This document shows, piece by piece, positions 10,279 through 20,368 of a stretch of DNA of 64,000 nt; the first letter of the stretch is position 1, and each line of letters starts with the position of its first letter. A program made the translations under genes and the position numbers. Origin of the DNA: an uncultured Clostridium sp. (GTDB taxonomy: Bacteria > Bacillota > Clostridia > TANB77 > CAG-508); contig USJO01000001.1 in the NCBI GenBank assembly GCA_900555075.1, forward strand, positions 894 to 64,893, read 5' to 3'. The notes beneath the pieces are model-generated. The model worked only from the letters and a program-made list of their open reading frames with translations. It did not search any database and was not told the origin of the DNA.

Positions 10279-11144
10279 TTATGTTCCTCCCTATCTTTCA
10301 ATTCTTCATATATTTTTTTATAATTATTATATCTTGATTCTGTTATATCTTTTCCTACATTACTTTTTATAGCACAGTTTTCTTCTTTTACATGTGTGCA
10401 ATCTAAATATTCACATTTATTAGCATATTTATTAAATTCTTTAAAATATTTATATAATTCTCTATACTCTATTTCATACACATCAAATGTTGAAAATCCT
10501 GGTGTATCAGCAATATATGTATTTTCTTCTACTTTATATAACTTTGTTGAAGTTGTTGTATTTTTTCCTTTTTTATTTTTATGACTTACTTCACCTTCTT
10601 GAGTTAATACTTCTTCAAAAATTCCATTAATTAATGTTGATTTTCCAACTCCAGAATTTCCTGAAAACACACTAACATTGTTTTTTAAAATATCATTTAC
10701 TTCTTGTATATTGTTTCCTAAATCCTTTGCATTTGTTTGTATAACTTTATACCCAATATTTGAATATATTTTTTCTATTCTTTCTGCAACTGCACTATCT
10801 AAATCTATTTTGTTTATTATTATAACTGGTTCAATATTTAAGAATTCTGCAAATGCTAGTTGTTTATCTAGCATTAATAAGTCTGGACTTGGTTTTTTTG
10901 CAGATACTACTAAAATAAGTTTTGTAACATTTGCAATTTTAGGTCTTTTAATATATGATGTTCTATTCAAAACTTCCAATATTGAGTTATTTTCATTATC
11001 TATTTTTACAATATCTCCAACAACTGGTTTTATATCCTTATTTTTAAATATTCCTCTAGATGTGCATTCTATTATTTTATTGTTATCTAATTCTACATAA
11101 AATAAATTAGAGATTATTGTTATTATTCTTCCTTCTACTACCAT
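10272..11144 (-). CDS. rsgA: ribosome small-subunit-dependent GTPase A
   Basis: GNSGVGKSTLIN P-loop and C-terminal Zn-finger cysteine/histidine cluster (CEYLDCTH). Conserved prkC-rsgA-rpe order. Confidence 0.9.
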   Translation of the reverse strand: MVVEGRIITIISNLFYVELDNNKIIECTSRGIFKNKDIKPVVGDIVKIDNENNSILEVLNRTSYIKRPKIANVTKLILVVSAKKPSPDLLMLDKQLAFAEFLNIEPVIIINKIDLDSAVAERIEKIYSNIGYKVIQTNAKDLGNNIQEVNDILKNNVSVFSGNSGVGKSTLINGIFEEVLTQEGEVSHKNKKGKNTTTSTKLYKVEENTYIADTPGFSTFDVYEIEYRELYKYFKEFNKYANKCEYLDCTHVKEENCAIKSNVGKDITESRYNNYKKIYEELKDREEHKW

Positions 11145-11196
11145 ATTTCACCCTATCTTTATTATATAAGGGCAGATAAACTTCTGCCCTTATTTT

Positions 11197-13137
11197 TTAT
11201 TCAAATGTATAAGATGTTACATTGTTTAAATTAATATCTTTTGTAGCTTTAAGTATTCCATCCAAATATACTTTTACTGTTACAGTTCCTTTACCAGATA
11301 TTTTTTGTGAAATACTTTCAACTTGTGCATTTACAGATTGATTATATACTGTATCATCATTTACATTAATTTTTAATTTAACTTTTCCTTCTGCCTCTGC
11401 TGAACCATTTAATGATTTAACATTTACATTAATTGTCGCTTCTTTTTGAGCTTGTAGTTTATTAACTGTTATTGTTATTGTTGAATTTTTATCTACTTCT
11501 GTTCCTGCTTCTAAGCTTTGTTTTACAACTACCCCATCATCTTTTGTTGTATCTTCTGTGCTTGCAACTGTTTTTAATTTTAATCCAGCATCTTTTATTG
11601 CTGTTTTTGCTTCATCTTCTGTTTTCCCAAGTAAATTTGGTACAGTTACCTTTTCTATTCCTTTACTAACTTTAAGGTTTATTGTTTCTCCTGCATCTAT
11701 TTCTTCATTTTCTTTTACACTCTGTTCTACTACATAGCCAGCTTCAACTTTATTATCATAAACTTCTTCTATTGATACTTTTAAACCTAATGCTTCTAAT
11801 TTACTTTTAGCTTCTTCTTGTGTTAGTCCAACAACTTTTTCCATTTTTACAGTATTACTTCCTAAGCTTACTACTACTGTTATTGTACTTCCTTCTTTTA
11901 TTTTATAGTTAGGCATATAAGTTGGGTCTTGAGATATAATATATCCTGCTGGTATATCTTTATTATACTCTTCTGATCCTTTTTCATATTTCAATTTTAA
12001 TCCTTCTACTTCACTTTGAGCTATTGTTTGTTCTTTTCCTACTAAATCTGGAATTTGAACATCTTTTTTAGTAACTAAGCCTAATATAAGATTTGTTACT
12101 AAAATAGTAATAACAAATAACAATATAGAGCCTATAACTATAGATAGTGCTTTATGTTTTTTTATAAAAGCTGTAAATTTATTTTTACTTTTTTCTTCCT
12201 CTTCTTTATTTTCATCATTTCTTGCTTCTCTTTTAGGTGTTTCTGTATAAATTGTAGATATTCTTTGTGTTGGAAAGTCTGTTGTTTTTTCTGATACTAC
12301 AAAATCTTCATTAGGATTTTTTAAAGCTTTACTTAAATCTCTTAACATTTCAGTTGCATTTTGATATCTTAGGTTTACATCTTTTTGCATTGCTTTCATT
12401 ATAATATCATTTACTGCCTTAGGTACATTAGGATTAACTTTCATTGGTTCTATTGGTTTTTCTTGCATATGTTTTAACGCTACAGAAACTGGAGTATCTG
12501 CATTAAATGGTACTTTTCCAGTTACCATTTCATACAATACAACACCTAAAGAATATAAGTCAGATTTAGCATCTGTAAATCCTCCTCTTGCATGTTCTGG
12601 TGAAAAATAGTGTACAGAACCTATTGTTGTTCCAAAAGCTGTTATAGTTGAATTTGATACTGCTTTTGCTATTCCAAAGTCTGTAACTTTAGCAATACCA
12701 TCCTCTGTTATTATTATATTATGTGGTTTTATATCTCTATGAATTATATTATTCTTATGAGCAGTTTCTAATGCTGAAGCTATTTGAATAGCTACATTTA
12801 ATGACCATTTCCAAGAAAGTGCTCCATCCTCATTAATTATTTCTTTTAATGTTTTTCCTTTAATTAATTCCATAACAATATAATGAATATTGCCTTCACT
12901 TCCAACATCATACACAGAAACTATATTAGGGTGTGTTAAGCTTGCTGCAGATTGTGCTTCTGTATTAAATCTTTTTACAAATTCTTCATCTGTTGTAAAC
13001 TCATCTCTTAGTACTTTTACAGCTACAAATCTGTTCAAAACATGACATTTGGCCTTATATACTGTAGCCATTCCACCATTTCCTATATTTTCTAATATTT
13101 CATATCGATTTCCTAATAATCTACCTTCTAAATTCAT
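11197..13137 (-). CDS. prkC: Ser/Thr protein kinase with C-terminal PASTA repeats
   Basis: Hanks kinase motifs (HRDIKPHNII, DFGIA) plus repeated PASTA-like extracellular units. Start moved to MNLEGRLLGNRYEIL (ATG 13137) with a GGAGG RBS. Confidence 0.9.
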   Translation of the reverse strand: MNLEGRLLGNRYEILENIGNGGMATVYKAKCHVLNRFVAVKVLRDEFTTDEEFVKRFNTEAQSAASLTHPNIVSVYDVGSEGNIHYIVMELIKGKTLKEIINEDGALSWKWSLNVAIQIASALETAHKNNIIHRDIKPHNIIITEDGIAKVTDFGIAKAVSNSTITAFGTTIGSVHYFSPEHARGGFTDAKSDLYSLGVVLYEMVTGKVPFNADTPVSVALKHMQEKPIEPMKVNPNVPKAVNDIIMKAMQKDVNLRYQNATEMLRDLSKALKNPNEDFVVSEKTTDFPTQRISTIYTETPKREARNDENKEEEEKSKNKFTAFIKKHKALSIVIGSILLFVITILVTNLILGLVTKKDVQIPDLVGKEQTIAQSEVEGLKLKYEKGSEEYNKDIPAGYIISQDPTYMPNYKIKEGSTITVVVSLGSNTVKMEKVVGLTQEEAKSKLEALGLKVSIEEVYDNKVEAGYVVEQSVKENEEIDAGETINLKVSKGIEKVTVPNLLGKTEDEAKTAIKDAGLKLKTVASTEDTTKDDGVVVKQSLEAGTEVDKNSTITITVNKLQAQKEATINVNVKSLNGSAEAEGKVKLKINVNDDTVYNQSVNAQVESISQKISGKGTVTVKVYLDGILKATKDINLNNVTSYTFE

Positions 13138-13169
13138 AGTAACCTCCAAATATTTTAGACTTTTGATCT

Positions 13170-13901
13170 TTAACAGCAATTAACTATAACTACTGTTATA
13201 TTATCTAGTCCTCCTGCTTCATTTGCTTTTTCTACTAATTTTTCACTTGCTTTTTCTATATCTTCATTAATAATTTTTAATATTTCTTCATCATTTACCA
13301 TATTTGTTAATCCATCTGATGTAATAACAATAATATCATCTTTTAAAAATCCTTTTACTGTTACTATTGGTTCAACAAAAGATGTACATCCCAATGCTTT
13401 AGTAAGCATATTTTTCTTAGGATGGCTTCTTGCTTCTTCCTTAGTAATTGTTCCATCTTTTACTAATTTTTGTACATAGCTGTCATCTACTGTTAGCTTT
13501 CTTATAATATTTTTTCTAATTCTATAAACTCTACTATCACCAATATGACCTATATAAATCCTATTTTCACATGCAAGAACAACTTCTATTGTTGTTCCCA
13601 TTCCTTCCAGTGATTTATCTTCTTTTGATTTTTCATATACAACCATATTAGCATATTCAATTGCATTTTTTACAAGGTTTTGTAATTCTTCTTTACTATG
13701 CTCTGTTTTAACAAAATTGTTTTCTATATAGTTTTTAGCAGATATAATGGCAAGCTTACTAGCAATCTCTCCGCCATTGTAGCCTCCCATACCATCTGCA
13801 ACAATATATAGACCAACGGTTTCACTTGGTTGAGAAACATAATAAGAATCTTGATTCATATCTCTTGCTTTACCAATATCTGATTTAGCAAAAACCCTCA
13901 T
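13170..13901 (-). CDS. stp: PP2C-family Ser/Thr phosphatase
   Basis: MRVFAKSDIGKARDMNQDS...DGMGG signature. Partner of prkC. Confidence 0.9.
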   Translation of the reverse strand: MRVFAKSDIGKARDMNQDSYYVSQPSETVGLYIVADGMGGYNGGEIASKLAIISAKNYIENNFVKTEHSKEELQNLVKNAIEYANMVVYEKSKEDKSLEGMGTTIEVVLACENRIYIGHIGDSRVYRIRKNIIRKLTVDDSYVQKLVKDGTITKEEARSHPKKNMLTKALGCTSFVEPIVTVKGFLKDDIIVITSDGLTNMVNDEEILKIINEDIEKASEKLVEKANEAGGLDNITVVIVNCC

Positions 13902-13919
13902 ACAGACTTTTCTCCTGTT

Positions 13920-14939
13920 CTATAAATTTTTTCTTCTTAGCTGTCCACAAGCTGCATCAATATCAGAACCTAATTCTCTTCTGATTGTTGCTGTTATTCC
14001 ATTTGCATTCAAATAATCTCTGAATTTTATTATATTTTCATTTGTACTCTTAATATATTGCCCATTTTCTATTTTATTTATAGGAATTAAATTAACATGA
14101 CACAACATTCCTTTTAAAAGTTTAACTAATTCTTTTGCATCTTCTAAATTATCATTATTATCCTTTGCTAATGCATATTCAAAAGATATTCTTTTATTAG
14201 TCTTTTTTATATAATATTTACATGCTTTCATTAATTCTTCTATATTATATTTATTATTTATTGGCATCATTTTACTTCTTTTCTCATCGTTTGTAGCATG
14301 TAATGATATAGACAAAGTAAATTGATAATCTCTATCTGCTAATTCATATATTTTAGGAACAATGCCACTTGTTGAAATACTTATATGCCTAGCACCTATA
14401 TTTAATCCTTTTGGATTATTTAATATATTAATAGCCTTTAAAACATTATCATAATTATCTAATGGTTCTCCAATTCCCATGAATACGATATTAGATATTT
14501 TAGTTTTTTCATCTCTTTGTACTGCCAAAATTTGTTCTACAATTTCTCCACTTGTTAAATTTCTGATAAATTTAATTCCTGTAGAAGCACAAAATTTGCA
14601 TCCCATTTTACAACCTATTTGTGAAGAAACACATATTGTTTTACCATGATGATATTCCATAAGAACTGTTTCTATAGCATTTCCGTCCAAAACATCGAAT
14701 AAGTATTTCTTTGTTCCATCTACGGACTCTTGCTTTTTAAGTATTTTAAAATTGTTTAAAGTAAATTCTTTTTTTAATTTTTCTCTTAATTCTAATGACA
14801 AGTTAGTCATGTCATCAAATGAAGTTACCTCTTCTTGATACAACCATTTAAATACTTGTTCTGCTCTATATGACTTCTCACCTATTTTAATAAATTCTTC
14901 TTTTAGCTCGTCTAGGTTATAATCTTTTATATTTTTCAT
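13920..14939 (-). CDS. rlmN: 23S rRNA (adenine2503-C2)-methyltransferase, radical SAM
   Basis: CVSSQIGCKMGCKFCASTG radical-SAM cysteine motif. Conserved position upstream of stp/prkC. Confidence 0.9.
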   Translation of the reverse strand: MKNIKDYNLDELKEEFIKIGEKSYRAEQVFKWLYQEEVTSFDDMTNLSLELREKLKKEFTLNNFKILKKQESVDGTKKYLFDVLDGNAIETVLMEYHHGKTICVSSQIGCKMGCKFCASTGIKFIRNLTSGEIVEQILAVQRDEKTKISNIVFMGIGEPLDNYDNVLKAINILNNPKGLNIGARHISISTSGIVPKIYELADRDYQFTLSISLHATNDEKRSKMMPINNKYNIEELMKACKYYIKKTNKRISFEYALAKDNNDNLEDAKELVKLLKGMLCHVNLIPINKIENGQYIKSTNENIIKFRDYLNANGITATIRRELGSDIDAACGQLRRKNL

Positions 14940-15301
14940 TTATTTTTTCTTCCTTTAAAAAGTCATTATTTCTTGTATTTATATTTTCCCTAGATAACTT
15001 ATACCACAACATCAATATTTTTGCAATAGATTTTGTTAAAGTTCATATATTAGCAACGGGCGGACACATATTTTAATTAATAGTGAATAGTTAATAATTA
15101 ATAATTTAGATGTGTTTGGTGTTTAGTATTTTGTATTTTGATATACAAATTGCTTCAAAGGAATTTCTCTATACAGCCAAATACCAAATACCAAATTCTA
15201 AATACTAATTACAATAAAAAGTGCTCAAAATGTAGGCTGAATTTTTTTAATTTTTGAACATTTTTTTATATACTTTAATATTCTATTATGAGGTGTTGTT
15301 T

Positions 15302-16300
15302 ATGTATAAATTAGCTATTGTTGGTGCTACTGGTTTAGTTGGTAAAACCATATTAAAAATATTAGAAGAAAAAAATCTTCCTATATATGAATATGTTCTT
15401 TTTAGTTCTAAAAAATCTGCTGGTAAAATAATTAATTTTAAAGGTAAAGATTATACTGTTAGGGAATTAACTATTAATTCTTTTGTTCAAGAACATTTCG
15501 ATTTTGCTATTTTCTCTGCTGGTGGATATACTTCTAAACTAAATTCTCCTATTGCTGCTGAACATGGGTGTATTGTAATTGATAATAGTAGTGCTTTCAG
15601 AATGGATCCAAGCGTACCTTTAGTAGTACCAGAAGTTAATCCAGAAGATATAACAAAAAATAATGGAATAATTGCGAACCCCAATTGCTCTACTATTCAA
15701 GCTGTTTTACCATTAAAAGTTCTTGATGATAATTACAAAATTAAAAGAATTGTATATTCTACATATCAAGCTGTTTCCGGTGCTGGTATTTATGGTATTA
15801 AAGATTTAGAAAATGGTATTAAAGGTTTACCTAATGAAAAATTTCCACACCAAATTTATAATAATTGTCTGCCACATATAGATGATTTTTTAGATAATGG
15901 CTATACAAAAGAAGAAGAAAAAATGATAAATGAAACAAGAAAGATATTACATAAGCCAGATATGCCAATCACTGCTACTACGGTAAGAGTTCCTGTTTTT
16001 AATTGCCACAGTGAAAGTATTAATATAGAACTAGAAAATGATTTTACTTTAGATGATGTTAGAGAAAAGTTAGAAAGTTTTAATGGAATAAAAGTTATCG
16101 ATGATATAAAAAACAATTTATATCCTCTTGCTTGTAATTGTTCGGGTTTTGACGAAGTTTTTGTTGGTAGAATAAGAAGAGATAATAGTGTTAAATATGG
16201 ATTAAATTTATGGGTAGTTGCTGATAATATTAGAAAGGGTGCTGCAACTAATGCAATACAGATATTAGAAAAAATGATAAAAAATGGTGTCAATGGATAA
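15302..16300 (+). CDS. asd: aspartate-semialdehyde dehydrogenase
   Basis: MYKLAIVGATGLVG Rossmann N-terminus and NPNCSTI active-site Cys block. GAGGTG RBS before the ATG at 15302. Confidence 0.85.
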   Translation: MYKLAIVGATGLVGKTILKILEEKNLPIYEYVLFSSKKSAGKIINFKGKDYTVRELTINSFVQEHFDFAIFSAGGYTSKLNSPIAAEHGCIVIDNSSAFRMDPSVPLVVPEVNPEDITKNNGIIANPNCSTIQAVLPLKVLDDNYKIKRIVYSTYQAVSGAGIYGIKDLENGIKGLPNEKFPHQIYNNCLPHIDDFLDNGYTKEEEKMINETRKILHKPDMPITATTVRVPVFNCHSESINIELENDFTLDDVREKLESFNGIKVIDDIKNNLYPLACNCSGFDEVFVGRIRRDNSVKYGLNLWVVADNIRKGAATNAIQILEKMIKNGVNG

Positions 16301-16305
16301 GATTC

Positions 16306-16328
16306 GGGCGGAACACAGAGTTCCGCCC
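16306..16328. terminator. GC-rich hairpin between convergent asd and cysteine desulfurase genes
   Basis: GGGCGGAA-cacagag-TTCCGCCC, an 8-bp GC stem immediately after the asd stop and overlapping the nifS-like stop. Weak U-tract. Confidence 0.4.
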
Positions 16329-17452
16329 TATATATATGATAATTTATTAACAACATAATCAATTTCGTCTTTTGTATTTTCTTTTCCTAAAGAGAACCTT
16401 ATTGTTCCTGATGCTTCCTCTGCATTTAGCCCTATTGCAGTTAATACATGAGATGGTAAGCTATCTCCAGTTGAGCAGGCAGATCCAGCTGATGCACATA
16501 TTCCAAATTCATCTAATTTTAGCAATATTTCTAAAGAATCTTTACCTGAAAAAGTTACATTTATATTTCCTGGTAATCTTTTTTCTAAATCTCCATTTAT
16601 TTTTATTTTGTCAAAATTGTCTGTTAATTTTTTTATAAAATAATTCCTATTATCTAATATTTGCTTATTATTTTTTTCCAAATTACTATTAGCAAGTTTA
16701 ATGGCTTCTGCTAAACCAACTATGCCAGCTATATTTTCTGTTCCGCTCCTTTTTCCCTTTTCTTGATGTCCTCCGTCTTGTACTCTTTCAAATTCTATTC
16801 CTTTTTTCACATATAATGCTCCCATACCTTTTGGGCCATAAAACTTATGTGCTGATAAAGATAAAGCATCTATTTCTAATTCTTCAACATCAATCTTTAC
16901 ATTTCCTGCTGCTTGAACTGCATCTGTATGAAAAATTATATTATGTTTTTTTGCTATTGTAGATATTTCTTTTATTGGTTGTATTGTTCCTATTTCATTA
17001 TTTGCAAACATTATACTAATTAAAATTGTATCCTCTCTAATGCTTGCTTGTAGCTCTTCTAATTTTACAAAACCTTTTTTATCTACATTTAAATAGCTTA
17101 CTTCATATCCTTGTCTTTCCAAGGTTTTGCAGCTATTTAAAATAGCTGGATGTTCTATTTTAGATGTTATTATATGTTTTCCTTTATTTTTATTAGCATA
17201 TGCTATTCCTTTTAATGCTAAATTATCGCTCTCACTGCCACAGCTTGTAAAATATATTTCTTTTGCGCTACAATTTAATTCTTTAGCCACCATGCTTCTT
17301 GAATTTTCTACTATTCTCTTATTTTGTCTCCCTATTGCATACATAGATGATGGATTTCCATAACTTATATTAAAATATGGTAACATCTTTTTTAATACTT
17401 TTTCATCAACATATGTTGTAGCACAATGGTCTAAATATATTATTTTTTGCAT
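16328..17452 (-). CDS. cysteine desulfurase (NifS/IscS family, class V aminotransferase)
   Basis: 374 aa with SLSAHKFYGPKGMGALYV PLP-lysine region and C-terminal active-site Cys loop. Confidence 0.85.
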   Translation of the reverse strand: MQKIIYLDHCATTYVDEKVLKKMLPYFNISYGNPSSMYAIGRQNKRIVENSRSMVAKELNCSAKEIYFTSCGSESDNLALKGIAYANKNKGKHIITSKIEHPAILNSCKTLERQGYEVSYLNVDKKGFVKLEELQASIREDTILISIMFANNEIGTIQPIKEISTIAKKHNIIFHTDAVQAAGNVKIDVEELEIDALSLSAHKFYGPKGMGALYVKKGIEFERVQDGGHQEKGKRSGTENIAGIVGLAEAIKLANSNLEKNNKQILDNRNYFIKKLTDNFDKIKINGDLEKRLPGNINVTFSGKDSLEILLKLDEFGICASAGSACSTGDSLPSHVLTAIGLNAEEASGTIRFSLGKENTKDEIDYVVNKLSYI

Positions 17453-17508
17453 AAAAAAATCACCTCATATCTTTATTAATAGTATGAGATGATTTTAAAT
17501 TTTATTAT

Positions 17509-18792
17509 TTATTTACTAAATTTGTTTAATAATTTCTCTATAGAAATTATTTCTTTTTCCCCTGTTCTAACATTTTCTAATTCAACTTCACCACTTTTTA
17601 CTTTGTCTCCTAAAACTGCCATATAAGGTGTTCCAAGAATTTTACAATCTTTTATTTTAGCTCCAATTGAATTTAAGTTCCTATCATCTAATATTGCTTC
17701 TATTCCATTATTTAAAAGTGTGCAATACAATTCATTAGCTTCTTTTACTTTTTCTTCATTATCCATTTTAGGAATAATTTGTATTTTGTATGGAGCAACA
17801 CTTTCTGGCAATACAAATCCTTGTACTTTACCATTTTCATCTTTTAAAACAGATTCTTCATAAATAGTAGCAACTGTTCTACTAACACCTATTCCATAAC
17901 ATCCCATATAATATAGTGCTGGTTTTCCGTCTTCTGCTATGTATGTTCCATTCATGGTTTCTGAATATTTAGTTCCTAATTGGAATATATGTCCTAATTC
18001 TATTGCTCTTCTTTTCTCTAGTTTTGAAATATCAGTAATATTATATTCTTCTTTTAAATATTGTTCATAATTTTCTCTTTCTAATATTTCTGTATTTAAA
18101 GCTGTATTTGTTTTTTCATCATAAAGAATTGTATCTTCTCCTATTGGTGATAAAACCATAAATTCTTCTGATTTTTTTCCACCCATATCTCCATTGTCTG
18201 CTACAACTGGAATTACATTTAGCCCCATTTCTGTAAACATTTCTAAGTATGCTTCTCTTATGTTTTCATATGTCTTTGCTAAGTCTTTTTCTGAACTATT
18301 AAAGCTATATGCATCCATCATTGGGAATGTTTTTCCTCTTAGTAAATATCCTCTTGCTCTTATTTCGTTTCTATATTTTTCTCCTATTTGATAAAAAGTT
18401 ACTGGTAAATTTTTATATGATTTAAGTTTTTCTCTTGCAAATTCTAACATTGCTTCTTCCGCAGTTGGTGCTAAGCAAAATCCACCTTTATCTGTACTTA
18501 TTGTAAACATTGTTCCATCTTCTACATAATGAGAATATCTTCCTGAGTCTTTCCATAGTTTTTCTGGTTGCAAAGTTGGTAATAATACTTCTATACATCC
18601 GTGATTATTTAATTTTTCTGTAATAATTTTCTCCACATTTCTTCTAACTAATAGTGGAACATTATTGTATGCATATAGACCTGTACCATATTGTACTAAC
18701 TGTCCTGTTTGTAATAATATATCTTGTACTGGATACATTTCATCTAGATTATTTAATTTTATTGTACCCATTCCTGTTTGTGATAATTTCAT
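17509..18792 (-). CDS. proS: proline--tRNA ligase, bacterial type lacking the INS editing domain
   Basis: Class II motifs and the C-terminal ELGHIFQLGTKYSE...MGCYGIGVSRTVATIYE block align with bacterial ProRS. At 427 aa it has no room for the about 180-aa INS domain. Confidence 0.7.
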   Translation of the reverse strand: MKLSQTGMGTIKLNNLDEMYPVQDILLQTGQLVQYGTGLYAYNNVPLLVRRNVEKIITEKLNNHGCIEVLLPTLQPEKLWKDSGRYSHYVEDGTMFTISTDKGGFCLAPTAEEAMLEFAREKLKSYKNLPVTFYQIGEKYRNEIRARGYLLRGKTFPMMDAYSFNSSEKDLAKTYENIREAYLEMFTEMGLNVIPVVADNGDMGGKKSEEFMVLSPIGEDTILYDEKTNTALNTEILERENYEQYLKEEYNITDISKLEKRRAIELGHIFQLGTKYSETMNGTYIAEDGKPALYYMGCYGIGVSRTVATIYEESVLKDENGKVQGFVLPESVAPYKIQIIPKMDNEEKVKEANELYCTLLNNGIEAILDDRNLNSIGAKIKDCKILGTPYMAVLGDKVKSGEVELENVRTGEKEIISIEKLLNKFSK

Positions 18793-18816
18793 AATTTATT
18801 CCTCCAATTTTATTTT

Positions 18817-19440
18817 CTAATTTTCATCTTCATTTAAGGTTTCTTGTTCTTCCCTTTCGGGCATTGGAGCCTCTATATTTTTTTCTTCTACAATATCGTC
18901 TATAACAATTTGTTGGTTTTCATCTAATTTATATCTTGGTAATTCTGGTAGTTCGTCTAAAGAAGAATATCCAAACATCCTTAAAAATTCTTTAGTTACT
19001 TTATAAGTTGTAGGTCTTCCTGGTAAATCCAATCTTCCTGCATCTTCTATTAAATTATGATCTAATAATTTATATATTGTTCCATCAGAATTTACTCCTC
19101 TTATGCTTTCTATTTCTGCCCTAGTAATCTTTGGATTATATGCTATAATAGCTAAAGTTTCTAAAGCTGCTTGTGATAAATTAGGTTTGTTTCTTTTATC
19201 TATTATTTGATATATATAATCGTAATTTTCTTTTTTAGAACATAATTGATATCCATTATTTACTTTAATTATTTCTATTCCTCTTCCTTGTTCTTCAAAA
19301 TCTGCTTTCATGCTTTCGATTATTTCTTCAGTATCTTTTGGTGTTAATTCTAAAACTACTGATAGTTCTTCTACTGAAATATCTCTTCCAACAGCAAATA
19401 AAATTGATTCAATTACCTGTTTTGCTTTATTTATATCCAT
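18817..19440 (-). CDS. scpB: segregation and condensation protein B
   Basis: MDINKAKQVIESILFAVGRDISVEELS winged-helix ScpB N-terminus. Confidence 0.85.
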   Translation of the reverse strand: MDINKAKQVIESILFAVGRDISVEELSVVLELTPKDTEEIIESMKADFEEQGRGIEIIKVNNGYQLCSKKENYDYIYQIIDKRNKPNLSQAALETLAIIAYNPKITRAEIESIRGVNSDGTIYKLLDHNLIEDAGRLDLPGRPTTYKVTKEFLRMFGYSSLDELPELPRYKLDENQQIVIDDIVEEKNIEAPMPEREEQETLNEDEN

Positions 19441-19573
19441 TTGTTACCTCTCTTTAAATATATACTATTTTATCTCAAATAGCCTAATTAGTCAATATTT
19501 ATTGTTTATAGTTGAATTTTTTATTATATTATGCTAATATTTATTTATAAATTAATTAAATGAGGTGAAGTAT

Positions 19574-19738
19574 ATGGATGAAACTCCTAAAAAAATAGAG
19601 ATAGTTAATGGAAACGGAAAAGATTTAAATATTTCTGAGGTTTCTTCACATTTAAATATAGCTAAACCCAAAATAAAAGATGAAGATGAAAAGAAACAAA
19701 GAATTGTAGTTCCTCAAAACAAAAAGAAATCTAAATAA
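19574..19738 (+). CDS. small hypothetical protein (54 aa, Lys-rich)
   Basis: GAGGTG RBS 6 nt upstream of the ATG. Followed by an intrinsic terminator. Confidence 0.3.
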   Translation: MDETPKKIEIVNGNGKDLNISEVSSHLNIAKPKIKDEDEKKQRIVVPQNKKKSK

Positions 19739-19745
19739 AGCAAAA

Positions 19746-19774
19746 AAATCAATCATTTTACTGATTGATTTTTT
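19746..19774 (+). terminator. rho-independent terminator
   Basis: AATCAATCA-ttttac-TGATTGATT followed by TTTTT. Confidence 0.6.
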
Positions 19775-19799
19775 CTCTGTAGTTTAAACAGATTCTTTT

Positions 19800-19876
19800 T
19801 GGTAGCGAGAAATGGATTCGAACCATCGACCTGCCGGGTATGAACCGGATGCTCTAGCCAACTGAGCTATCTCGCC
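19800..19876 (-). tRNA. tRNA-Met (anticodon CAU), CCA encoded
   Basis: 77-nt cloverleaf GGCGAGATAGCTCAGTTGGCTAGAGC...TTCATAC...GGTTCGAATCC...TCTCGCTACCA. Anticodon loop UUCAUAC as in Firmicutes elongator tRNA-Met. Initiator or Ile2-lysidine identity not excluded. Confidence 0.8.
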
Positions 19877-19891
19877 ATAAGCAATGTATAT

Positions 19892-19920
19892 ATTATAATT
19901 TGTTTTGCTTTATTTGTCAA
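19892..19920 (-). promoter_or_regulatory. consensus sigma-A promoter for tRNA-Met
   Basis: On the minus strand TTGACA-N17-TATAAT. The tRNA 5-prime end lies about 16 nt downstream of the -10 element. Confidence 0.6.
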
Positions 19921-19949
19921 GAAAAAAGAAATAATTTTAAATTATTTCT
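19921..19949 (-). terminator. rho-independent terminator
   Basis: 10-bp perfect stem AGAAATAATT/AATTATTTCT followed by a U-run on the minus strand, immediately after the stop of the 106-aa ORF. Confidence 0.6.
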
Positions 19950-19950
19950 T

Positions 19951-20271
19951 TTATCTATCTCTTTCTTCTTTATCTTTTTCTGTTATAATTTTTTCTACTC
20001 TTACTTCTTTTGGTAATTGTTTTCTCATTTTATTTAATGTATCTTTCTTTAATCCATTAGGAAATCCACCATTTTCAGATAATTGGCTGCTTTCTGATAC
20101 CATAGGCTCTGCTGAGTTCTCCCCCATATTATCTGAATTTGTTAGTGATTTTTTTAAATTAGGTAATATATCATGTTCTGCTATTTCTTCAAGCCTATCC
20201 TCTTTTGTATTTGTAGATGTTCCAAATACTTCATTTATGATTTTTTTTATAATCTTTACTATTTGCGCCAT
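19951..20271 (-). CDS. hypothetical protein (106 aa)
   Basis: ORF between sigA and tRNA-Met with its own terminator. No recognisable family. Confidence 0.45.
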   Translation of the reverse strand: MAQIVKIIKKIINEVFGTSTNTKEDRLEEIAEHDILPNLKKSLTNSDNMGENSAEPMVSESSQLSENGGFPNGLKKDTLNKMRKQLPKEVRVEKIITEKDKEERDR

Positions 20272-20368
20272 ATTTTCAACTTAATATTTAAGTTGTTTTC
20301 ACCTCTCTATTATTAATATAAATATTACACGAATATTATACCACACATTTACAAAAAATGCAAATTTT

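Noticed and set aside
14940-15301. Lysine riboswitch upstream of asd
   Set aside because: None of the conserved L-box blocks are present. Only AT-rich dyad repeats.
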